Both the position numbers and the translations under genes were made by a program. This document shows, one piece after another, positions 51,601-64,000 of a DNA stretch of 64,000 nucleotides. The notes under the pieces were generated by a model. The model did no database searches, was not told the DNA's origin, and saw only the letters and a list, made by a program, of their open reading frames with translations. This DNA is from Auanema rhodensis (taxonomy: Eukaryota; Animalia; Nematoda): assembly GCA_964057225.1 (NCBI GenBank), contig OZ059894.1, positions 19,778,001 to 19,842,000 of the forward strand. Reading direction: 5' to 3'. Position 1 is the stretch's first letter. Each line of letters starts with the position of its first letter.

Positions 51601-54600
51601 GCTTAAAAATCCGCATCGAATGCACTATACTACATTGAGAAACGCTTAATACAAAAATTAGTTATGATCGTTTGAAAAATGATGCATTAGTGTATGTTGA
51701 GTTTCCATGTACACTCAACATTGCTTCCAAAAACATTTTGACAAAAATTTTTTCGAAAAATTTCAAAATAATTTAGCAAAAAGTAGATGTTTTTAGATTC
51801 CTTTTTTCAAGGCAAAGACGATGGACAATGTTATTCAACGAAAAAATTAATTCTTCAGGGTGAAAATCGAGGATATAAGTGTGAACTTATATCAGTTGAT
51901 ATCTCGGTGCATTTTTAAGCTAGCGCAAATCTGATAACACAGATCGACGCAGCTTAAAAATCCGCATCGAATGCACTATACTACATTGAGAAACGCTTAA
52001 TACAAAAATTAGTTATGATCGTTTGAAAAATGATGCATTAGTGTATGTTGAGTTTCCATGTACACTCAACATTGCTTCCAAAAACATTTTGACAAAAATT
52101 TTTTCGAAAAATTTCGAAATAATTTAGCAAAAAGTAGATGTTTTTAGATTCCATTTTTCAAGGCAAAGACGATGGACAATGTTATTCAACGAAAAAATTA
52201 ATTCTTCAGGGTGAAAATCGAGGATATAAGTGTGAACTTATATCAGTTGATATCTCGGTGCATTTTTAAGCTAGCGCAAATCTGATAACACAGAACGACG
52301 CAGCTTAAAAATCCGCATCGAATGCACTATACTACATTGAGAAACGCTTAATACAAAAATTAGTTATGATCGTTTGAAAAATGATGCATTAGTGTATGTT
52401 GAGTTTCCATGTACACTCAACATTGCTTCCAAAAACATTTTGACAAAAAATTTTTCGAAAAATTTCAAAATAATTTAGCAAAAAGTAGATGTTTTTAGAT
52501 TCCTTTTTTCAAGGCAAAGACGATGGACAATGTTATTCAACGAAAAAATTAATTCTTCAGGGTGAAAATCGAGGATATAAGTGTGAACTTATATCAGTTG
52601 ATATCTCGGTGCATTTTTAAGCTAGCGCAAATCTGATAACACAGAACGACGCAGCTTAAAAATTCGCATCGAATGCACTATACTACATTGAAAAACGCTT
52701 AATACAAAAATTAGTTATGATCGTTTGAAAAATGATGCATTAGTGTATGTTGAGTTTCCATGTACACTCAACATTCCTTCCAAAAACATTTTGACAAAAA
52801 TTTTTTCGAAAAATTTCGAAATAATTTAGCAAAAAGTAGATGTTTTTAGATTCCTTTTTTCAAGGCAAAGACGATGGACAATGTTATTCAACGAAAAAAT
52901 TAATTCTTCAGGGTGAAAATCGAGGATATAAGTGTGAACTTATATCAGTTGATATCTCGGTGCATTTTTAAGCTAGCGCAAATCTGATAACACAGAACGA
53001 CGCAGCTTAAAAATTCGCATCGAATGCACTATACTACATTGAAAAACGCTTAATACAAAAATTAGTTATGATCGTTTGAAAAATGATGCATTAGTGTATG
53101 TTGAGTTTCCATGTACACTCAACATTGCTTCCAAAAACATTTTGACAAAAATATTTTCGAAAAATTTCAGAATAATTTAGCAAAAAGTAGATGTTTTTAG
53201 ATTCCATTTTTCAAGGCAAAGACGATGGACAATGTTATTCAACGAAAAAATTAATTCTTCAGGGTGAAAATCGAGGATATAAGTGTGAACTTATATCAGT
53301 TGATATCTCGGTGCATTTTTAAGCTAGCGCAAATCTGATAACACAGAACGACGCAGCTTAACAATCCGCATCGAATGCACTATACTACATTGAGAAACGC
53401 TTAATACAAAAATTAGTTATGATCGTTTGAAAAATGATGCATTAGTGTATGTTGAGTTTCCATGTACACTCAACATTGCTTCCAAAAACATTTTGACAAA
53501 AATTTTTTCGAAAAATTTCAAAATAATTTAGCAAAAAGTAGATGTTTTTAGATTCCTTTTTTCAAGGCAAAGACGATGGACAATGTTATTCAACGAAAAA
53601 ATTAATTCTTCAGGGTGAAAATCGAGGATATAAGTGTGAACTTATATCAGTTGATATCTCGGTGCATTTTTAAGCTAGCGCAAATCTGATAACACAGAAC
53701 GACGCAGCTTAAAAATTTGCATCGAATGCACTATACTACATTGAAAAACGCTTAATACAAAAATTAGTTATGATCGTTTGAAAAATGATGCATTAGTGTA
53801 TGTTGAGTTTCCATGTACACTCAACATTGCTTCCAAAAACATTTTGACAAAAATTTTTTCGAAAAATTTCAGAATAATTTAGCAAAAAGTAGATGTTTTT
53901 AGATTCCATTTTTCAAGGCAAAGACGATGGACAATGTTATTCAACGAAAAAATTAATTCTTCAGGGTGAAAATCGAGGATATAAGTGTGAACTTATATCA
54001 GTTGATATCTCGGTGCATTTTTAAGCTAGCGCAAATCTGATAACACAGATCGACGCAGCTTAAAAATCCGCATCGAATGCACTATACTACATTGAGAAAC
54101 GCTTAATACAAAAATTAGTTATGATCGTTTGAAAAATGATGCGTTAGTGTATGTTGAGTTTCCATGTACACTCAACATTGCTTCCAAAAACATTTTGACA
54201 AAAATTTTTTCAAAAAATTTCAGAATAATTTAGCAAAAAGTAGATGTTTTTAGATTCCATTTTTTAAGGCAAAGACGATGGACAATGTTATTCAACGAAA
54301 AAATTAATTCTTCAGGGTGAAAATCGAGGATATAAGTGTGAACTTATATCAGTTGATATCTCGGTGCATTTTTAAGCTAGCGCAAATCTGATAACACAGA
54401 ACGACGCAGCTTAAAAATCCGCATCGAATGCACTATACTACATTGAGAAACGCTTAATACAAAAATTAGTTATGATCGTTTGAAAAATGATGCATTAGTG
54501 TATGTTGAGTTTCCATGTACACTCAACATTGCTTCCAAAAACATTTTGACAAAAATTTTTTCGAAAAATTTCAGAATAATTTAGCAAAAAGTAGATGTTT

Positions 54601-57600
54601 TTAGATTCCTTTTTTCAAGGCAAAGACGATGGACAATGTTATTCAACGAAAAAATTAATTCTTCAGGGTGAAAATCGAGGATATAAGTGTGAACTTATAT
54701 CAGTTGAGATCTCGGTGCATTTTTAAGCTAGCGCAAATCTGATAACACAGAACGACGCAGCTTAAAAATCCGCATCGAATGCACTATACTACATTGAGAA
54801 ACGCTTAATACAAAAATTAGTTATGATCGTTTGAAAAATGATGCATTAGTGTATGTTGAGTTTCCATGTACACTCAACATTGCTTCCAAAAACATTTTGA
54901 CAAAAATTTTTTCGAGAAATTTCAAAATAATTTAGCAAAAAGTAGATGTTTTTAGATTCCTTTTTTCAAGGCAAAGACGATGGACAATGTTATTCAACGA
55001 AAAAATTAATTCTTCAGGGTGAAAATCGAGGATATAAGTGTGAACTTATATCAGTTGATATCTCGGTGCATTTTTAAGCTAGCGCAAATCTGATAACACA
55101 GAACGACGCAGCTTAAAAATCCGCATCGAATGCACTATACTACATTGAGAAACGCTTAATACAAAAATTAGTTATGATCGTTTGAAAAATGATGCATTAG
55201 TGTATGTTGAGTTTCCATGTACACTCAACATTGCTTCCAAAAACATTTTGACAAAAATTTTTTCGAAAAATTTCAGAATAATTTAGCAAAAAGTAGATGT
55301 TTTTAGATTCCTTTTTTCAAGGCAAAGACGATGGACAATGTTATTCAACGAAAAAATTAATTCTTCAGGGTGAAAATCGAGGATATAAGTGTGAACTTAT
55401 ATCAGTTGAGATCTCGGTGCATTTTTAAGCTAGCGCAAATCTGATAACACAGAACGACGCAGCTTAAAAATCCGCATCGAATGCACTATACTACATTGAG
55501 AAACGCTTAATACAAAAATTAGTTATGATCGTTTGAAAAATGATGCATTAGTGTATGTTGAGTTTCCATGTACACTCAACATTGCTTCCAAAAACATTTT
55601 GACAAAAATTTTTTCGAGAAATTTCAAAATAATTTAGCAAAAAGTAGATGTTTTTAGATTCCTTTTTTCAAGGCAAAGACGATGGACAATGTTATTCAAC
55701 GAAAAAATTAATTCTTCAGGGTGAAAATCGAGGATATAAGTGTGAACTTATATCAGTTGATATCTCGGTGCATTTTTAAGCTAGCGCAAATCTGATAACA
55801 CAGATCGACGCAGCTTAAAAATCCGCATCGAATGCACTATACTACATTGAGAAACGCTTAATACAAAAATTAGTTATGATCGTTTGAAAAATGATGCATT
55901 AGTGTATGTTGAGTTTCCATGTACACTCAACATTGCTTCCAAAAACATTTTGACAAAAATTTTTTCGAAAAATTTCAAAATAATTTAGCAAAAAGTAGAT
56001 GTTTTTAGATTCCTTTTTTCAAGGCAAAGACGATGGACATTGTTATTCAACGAAAAAATTAATTCTTCAGGGTGAAAATCGAGGATATAAGTGTGAACTT
56101 ATATCAGTTGATATCTCGGTGCATTTTTAAGCTAGCGCAAATCTGATAACACAGAACGACGCAGCTTAAAAATTCGCATCGAATGCACTATACTACATTG
56201 AGAAACGCTTAATACAAAAATTAGTTATGATCGTTTGAAAAATGATGCATTAGTGTATGTTGAGTTTCCATGTACACTGAACATTGCTTCCAAAAACATT
56301 TTGACAAAAATTTTTTCGAAAAATTTCAGAATAATTTAGCAAAAAGTAGATGTTTTTAGATTCCATTTTTCAAGGCAAAGACGATGGACAATGTTATTCA
56401 ACGAAAAAATCAATTCTTCAGGGTGAAAATCGAGGATATAAGTGTGAACTTATATCAGTTGATATCTCGGTGCATTTTTAAGCTAGCGCAAATCTGATAA
56501 CACAGATCGACGCAGCTTAAAAATCCACATCGAATGCACTATACTACATTGAGAAACGCTTAATACAAAAATTAGTTATGATCGTTTGAAAAATGATGCA
56601 TTAGTGTATGTTGAGTTTCCATGTACACTCAACATTGCTTCCAAAAACATTTTGACAAAAATTTTTTCGAAAAATTTCAAAATAATTTAGCAAAAAGTAG
56701 ATGTTTTTAGATTCCATTTTTTAAGGCAAAGACGATGGACAATGTTATTCAACGGAAAAATTAATTCTTCAGGGTGAAAATCGAGGATATAAGTGTGAAC
56801 TTATATCAGTTGATATCTCGGTGCATTTTTAAGCTAGCGCAAATCTGATAACACAGATCGACGCAGCTTAAAAATCCGCATCGAATGCACTATACTACAT
56901 TGAGAAACGCTTAATACAAAAATTAGTTATGATCGTTTGAAAAATGATGCATTAGTGTATGTTGAGTTTCCATGTACACTCAACATTGCTTCCAAAAACA
57001 TTTTGACAAAAATTTTTTCGAAAAATTTCAAAATAATTTAGCAAAAAGTAGATGTTTTTAGATTCCATTTTTTAAGGCAAAGACGATGGACAATGTTATT
57101 CAACGGAAAAATTAATTCTTCAGGGTGAAAATCGAGGATATAAGTGTGAACTTATATCAGTTGATATCTCGGTGCATTTTTAAGCTAGCGCAAATCTGAT
57201 AACACAGATCGACGCAGCTTAAAAATCCGCATCGAATGCACTATACTACATTGAGAAACGCTTAATACAAAAATTAGTTATGATCGTTTGAAAAATGATG
57301 CATTAGTGTATGTTGAGTTTCCATGTACACTCAACATTGCTTCCAAAAACATTTTGACAAAAATTTTTTCGAAAAATTTCAAAATAATTTAGCAAAAAGT
57401 AGATGTTTTTAGATTCCATTTTTTAAGGCAAAGACGATGGACAATGTTATTCAACGGAAAAATTAATTCTTCAGGGTGAAAATCGAGGATATAAGTGTGA
57501 ACTTATATCAGTTGATATCTCGGTGCATTTTTAAGCTAGCGCAAATCTGATAACACAGATCGACGCAGCTTTAAAATCCGCATCGAATGCACTATACTAC

Positions 57601-60600
57601 ATTGAGAAACGCTTAATACAAAAATTAGTTATGATCGTTTGAAAAATGATGCGTTAGTGTATGTTGAGTTTCCATGTACACTCAACATTGCTTCCAAAAA
57701 CATTTTGACAAAAATTTTTTCGAAAAATTTCAGAATAATTTAGCAAAAAGTAGATGTTTTTAGATTCCATTTTTTAAGGCAAAGACGATGGACAATGTTA
57801 TTCAACGGAAAAATTAATTCTTCAGGGTGAAAATCGAGGATATAAGTGTGAACTTATATCAGTTGATATCTCGGTGCATTTTTAAGCTAGCGCAAATCTG
57901 ATAACACAGATCGACGCAGCTTAAAAATCCGCATCGAATGCACTATACTACATTGAGAAACGCTTAATACAAAAATTAGTTATGATCGTTTGAAAAATGA
58001 TGCATTAGTGTATGTTGAGTTTCCATGTACACTCAACATTGCTTCCAAAAACATTTTGACAAAAATTTTTTCGAAAAATTTCAAAATAATTTAGCAAAAA
58101 GTAGATGTTTTTAGATTCCATTTTTTAAGGCAAAGACGATGGACAATGTTATTCAACGGAAAAATTAATTCTTCAGGGTGAAAATCGAGGATATAAGTGT
58201 GAACTTATATCAGTTGATATCTCGGTGCATTTTTAAGCTAGCGCAAATCTGATAACACAGATCGACGCAGCTTAAAAATCCGCATCGAATGCACTATACT
58301 ACATTGAGAAACGCTTAATACAAAAATTAGTTATGATCGTTTGAAAAATGATGCATTAGTGTATGTTGAGTTTCCATGTACACTCAACATTGCTTCCAAA
58401 AACATTTTGACAAAAATTTTTTCGAAAAATTTCAAAATAATTTAGCAAAAAGTAGATGTTTTTAGATTCCATTTTTTAAGGCAAAGACGATGGACAATGT
58501 TATTCAACGGAAAAATTAATTCTTCAGGGTGAAAATCGAGGATATAAGTGTGAACTTATATCAGTTGATATCTCGGTGCATTTTTAAGCTAGCGCAAATC
58601 TGATAACACAGATCGACGCAGCTTTAAAATCCGCATCGAATGCACTATACTACATTGAGAAACGCTTAATACAAAAATTAGTTATGATCGTTTGAAAAAT
58701 GATGCGTTAGTGTATGTTGAGTTTCCATGTACACTCAACATTGCTTCCAAAAACATTTTGACAAAAATTTTTTCGAAAAATTTCAGAATAATTTAGCAAA
58801 AAGTAGATGTTTTTAGATTCCATTTTTTAAGGCAAAGACGATGGACAATGTTATTCAACGAAAAAATTAATTCTTCAGGGTGAAAATCGAGGATATAAGT
58901 GTGAACTTATATCAGTTGATATCTCGGTGCATTTTTAAGCTAGCGCAAATCTGATAACACAGAACGACGCAGCTTAAAAATCCGCATCGAATGCACTATA
59001 CTACATTGAGAAACGCTTAATACAAAAATTAGTTATGATCGTTTGAAAAATGATGCATTAGTGTATGTTGAGTTTCCATGTACACTCAACATTGCTTCCA
59101 AAAACATTTTGACAAAAATTTTTTCGAAAAATTTCAGAATAATTTAGCAAAAAGTAGATGTTTTTAGATTCCTTTTTTCAAGGCAAAGACGATGGACAAT
59201 GTTATTCAACGAAAAAATTAATTCTTCAGGGTGAAAATCGAGGATATAAGTGTGAACTTATATCAGTTGATATCTCGGTGCATTTTTAAGCTAGCGCAAA
59301 TCTGATAACACAGAACGACGCAGCTTAAAAATCCGCATCGAATGCACTATACTACATTGAGAAACGCTTAATACAAAAATTAGTTATGATCGTTTGAAAA
59401 ATGATGCATTAGTGTATGTTGAGTTTCCATGTACACTCAACATTGCTTCCAAAAACATTTTGACAAAAATTTTTTCGAGAAATTTCAAAATAATTTAGCA
59501 AAAAGTAGATGTTTTTAGATTCCTTTTTTCAAGGCAAAGACGATGGACAATGTTATTCAACGAAAAAATTAATTCTTCAGGGTGAAAATCGAGGATATAA
59601 GTGTGAACTTATATCAGTTGATATCTCGGTGCATTTTTAAGCTAGCGCAAATCTGATAACACAGATCGACGCAGCTTAAAAATCCGCATCGAATGCACTA
59701 TACTACATTGAGAAACGCTTAATACAAAAATTAGTTATGATCGTTTGAAAAATGATGCATTAGTGTATGTTGAGTTTCCATGTACACTCAACATTGCTTC
59801 CAAAAACATTTTGACAAAAATTTTTTCGAAAAATTTCAAAATAATTTAGCAAAAAGTAGATGTTTTTAGATTCCTTTTTTCAAGGCAAAGACGATGGACA
59901 TTGTTATTCAACGAAAAAATTAATTCTTCAGGGTGAAAATCGAGGATATAAGTGTGAACTTATATCAGTTGATATCTCGGTGCATTTTTAAGCTAGCGCA
60001 AATCTGATAACACAGAACGACGCAGCTTAAAAATTCGCATCGAATGCACTATACTACATTGAGAAACGCTTAATACAAAAATTAGTTATGATCGTTTGAA
60101 AAATGATGCATTAGTGTATGTTGAGTTTCCATGTACACTGAACATTGCTTCCAAAAACATTTTGACAAAAATTTTTTCGAAAAATTTCAGAATAATTTAG
60201 CAAAAAGTAGATGTTTTTAGATTCCATTTTTCAAGGCAAAGACGATGGACAATGTTATTCAACGAAAAAATCAATTCTTCAGGGTGAAAATCGAGGATAT
60301 AAGTGTGAACTTATATCAGTTGATATCTCGGTGCATTTTTAAGCTAGCGCAAATCTGATAACACAGATCGACGCAGCTTAAAAATCCGCATCGAATGCAC
60401 TATACTACATTGAGAAACGCTTAATACAAAAATTAGTTATGATCGTTTGAAAAATGATGCATTAGTGTATGTTGAGTTTCCATGTACACTCAACATTGCT
60501 TCCAAAAACATTTTGACAAAAATTTTTTCGAAAAATTTCAAAATAATTTAGCAAAAAGTAGATGTTTTTAGATTCCATTTTTTAAGGCAAAGACGATGGA

Positions 60601-63600
60601 CAATGTTATTCAACGGAAAAATTAATTCTTCAGGGTGAAAATCGAGGATATAAGTGTGAACTTATATCAGTTGATATCTCGGTGCATTTTTAAGCTAGCG
60701 CAAATCTGATAACACAGATCGACGCAGCTTAAAAATCCGCATCGAATGCACTATACTACATTGAGAAACGCTTAATACAAAAATTAGTTATGATCGTTTG
60801 AAAAATGATGCATTAGTGTATGTTGAGTTTCCATGTACACTCAACATTGCTTCCAAAAACATTTTGACAAAAATTTTTTCGAAAAATTTCAAAATAATTT
60901 AGCAAAAAGTAGATGTTTTTAGATTCCATTTTTTAAGGCAAAGACGATGGACAATGTTATTCAACGGAAAAATTAATTCTTCAGGGTGAAAATCGAGGAT
61001 ATAAGTGTGAACTTATATCAGTTGATATCTCGGTGCATTTTTAAGCTAGCGCAAATCTGATAACACAGATCGACGCAGCTTAAAAATCCGCATCGAATGC
61101 ACTATACTACATTGAGAAACGCTTAATACAAAAATTAGTTATGATCGTTTGAAAAATGATGCATTAGTGTATGTTGAGTTTCCATGTACACTCAACATTG
61201 CTTCCAAAAACATTTTGACAAAAATTTTTTCGAAAAATTTCAAAATAATTTAGCAAAAAGTAGATGTTTTTAGATTCCTTTTTTCAAGGCAAAGACGATG
61301 GACAATGTTATTCAACGAAAAAATTAATTCTTCAGGGTGAAAATCGAGGATATAAGTGTGAACTTATATCAGTTGATATCTCGGTGCATTTTTAAGCTAG
61401 CGCAAATCTGATAACACAGAACGACGCAGCTTAAAAATCCGCATCGAATGCACTATACTACATTGAAAAACGCTTAATACAAAAATTAGTTATGATCGTT
61501 TGAAAAATGATGCATTAGTGTATGTTGAGTTTCCATGTACACTCAACATTGCTTCCAAAAACATTTTGACAAAAAGTTTTTCGAAAAATTTCAAAATAAT
61601 TTAGCAAAAAGTAGATGTTTTTAGATTCCTTTTTTCAAGGCAAAGACGATGGACAATGTTATTCAACGAAAAAATTAATTCTTCAGGGTGAAAATCGAGG
61701 ATATAAGTGTGAACTTATATCAGTTGATATCTCGGTGCATTTTTAAGCTAGCGCAAATCTGATAACACAGATCGACGCAGCTTAAAAATCCGCATCGAAT
61801 GCAATATACTACATTAAGAAACGCTTAATACAAAAATTAGTTATGATCGTTTGAAAAATGATGCATTAGTGTATGTTGAGTTTCCATGTACACTCAACAT
61901 TGCTTCCAAAAACATTTTGACAAAAATTTTTTCGAGAAATTTCAAAATAATTTAGCAAAAAGTAGATGTTTTTAGATTCCTTTTTTCAAGGCAAAGACGA
62001 TGGACAATGTTATTCAACGAAAAAATTAATTCTTCAGGGTGAAAATCGAGGATATAAGTGTGAACTTATATCAGTTGATATCTCTCTGCATTTTTAAGCT
62101 AGCGCAAATCTGATAACACAGATCGACGCAGCTTAAAAATCCGCATCGAATGCACTATACTACATTGAGAAACGCTTAATACAAAAATTAGTTATGATCG
62201 TTTGAAAAATGATGCATTAGTGTATGTTGAGTTTCCATGTACACTCAACATTGCTTCCAAAAACATTTTGACAAAAATTTTTTCGAAAAATTTCAGAATA
62301 ATTTAGCAAAAAGTAGATGTTTTTAGATTCCCTTTTTCAAGGCAAAGACGATGGACAATGTTATTCAACGAAAAAATTAATTCTTCAGGGTGAAAATCGA
62401 GGATATAAGTGTGAACTTATATCAGTTGATATCTCGGTGCATTTTTAAGCTAGCGCAAATCTGATAACACAGAACGACGCAGCTTAAAAATCCGCATCGA
62501 ATGCACTATACTACATTGAAAAACGCTTAATACAAAAATTAGTTATGATCGTTTGAAAAATGATGCATTAGTGTATGTTGAGTTTCCATGTACACTCAAC
62601 ATTGCTTCCAAAAACATTTTGACAAAAATTTTTTCGAAAAATTTCAAAATAATTTAGCAAAAAGTAGATGTTTTTAGATTCCATTTTTTAAGGCAAAGAC
62701 GATGGACAATGTTATTCAACGGAAAAATTAATTCTTCAGGGTGAAAATCGAGGATATAAGTGTGAACTTATATCAGTTGATATCTCGGTGCATTTTTAAG
62801 CTAGCGCAAATCTGATAACACAGATCGACGCAGCTTAAAAATCCGCATCGAATGCACTATACTACATTGAGAAACGCTTAATACAAAAATTAGTTATGAT
62901 CGTTTGAAAAATGATGCATTAGTGTATGTTGAGTTTCCATGTACACTCAACATTGCTTCCAAAAACATTTTGACAAAAATTTTTTCGAAAAATTTCAAAA
63001 TAATTTAGCAAAAAGTAGATGTTTTTAGATTCCTTTTTTCAAGGCAAAGACGATGGACAATGTTATTCAACGAAAAAATTAATTCTTCAGGGTGAAAATC
63101 GAGGATATAAGTGTGAACTTATATCAGTTGATATCTCGGTGCATTTTTAAGCTAGCGCAAATCTGATAACACAGAACGACGCAGCTTAAAAATCCGCATC
63201 GAATGCACTATACTACATTGAAAAACGCTTAATACAAAAATTAGTTATGATCGTTTGAAAAATGATGCATTAGTGTATGTTGAGTTTCCATGTACACTCA
63301 ACATTGCTTCCAAAAACATTTTGACAAAAAGTTTTTCGAAAAATTTCAAAATAATTTAGCAAAAAGTAGATGTTTTTAGATTCCTTTTTTCAAGGCAAAG
63401 ACGATGGACAATGTTATTCAACGAAAAAATTAATTCTTCAGGGTGAAAATCGAGGATATAAGTGTGAACTTATATCAGTTGATATCTCGGTGCATTTTTA
63501 AGCTAGCGCAAATCTGATAACACAGATCGACGCAGCTTAAAAATCCGCATCGAATGCACTATACTACATTGAGAAACGCTTAATACAAAAATTAGTTATG

Positions 63601-64000
63601 ATCGTTTGAAAAATGATGCATTAGTGTATGTTGAGTTTCCATGTACACTCAACATTGCTTCCAAAAACATTTTGACAAAAATTTTTTCGAGAAATTTCAA
63701 AATAATTTAGCAAAAAGTAGATGTTTTTAGATTCCTTTTTTCAAGGCAAAGACGATGGACAATGTTATTCAACGAAAAAATTAATTCTTCAGGGTGAAAA
63801 TCGAGGATATAAGTGTGAACTTATATCAGTTGATATCTCTCTGCATTTTTAAGCTAGCGCAAATCTGATAACACAGATCGACGCAGCTTAAAAATCCGCA
63901 TCGAATGCACTATACTACATTGAGAAACGCTTGATACAAAAATTAGTTATGATCGTTTGAAAAATGATGCATTAGTGTATGTTGAGTTTCCATGTACACT
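36613..64000. repeat. Tandem satellite DNA array, 351-bp monomer, right arm (about 78 copies; runs off the window end)
   Basis: Same monomer and orientation as the left arm. Monomer starts at 36672, 43692, 50712, 57732 and 63699 are separated by exact multiples of 351, so there is no net indel. Confidence 0.99.

Overview
This is eukaryotic, AT-rich heterochromatin-type DNA. About 57 kb of the window is one highly homogeneous head-to-tail satellite array with a 351-bp monomer (about 85 copies at 1-29772 and about 78 copies at 36613-64000). A single young, apparently intact 6.84-kb BEL/Pao (Belpaoviridae) LTR retrotransposon interrupts it at 29773-36612 on the + strand. The element has 283-bp direct repeats differing at 1 base, a tRNA-Gly(GCC)-type primer binding site, a gag ORF with three Cys/His knuckles, a -1-frame pol ORF (PR-RT-RH-IN) overlapping gag around an A_AAT_TTT slippery heptamer, and a polypurine tract. 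The main oddities are: (i) insertion in the loop of a 9-bp inverted repeat present in every monomer; (ii) no target-site duplication and no terminal CA, with the 3' LTR fused to the satellite through TTTC microhomology; (iii) a second PPT+TG motif 99 bp upstream of the 3' LTR; (iv) array growth by block duplications of varying size (3, 5, 6, 8, 9, 11 and 12 monomers) with almost no length change. The host is probably an invertebrate, possibly a nematode, which is an inference only. No host genes, rRNA, tRNA or CRISPR arrays were seen.
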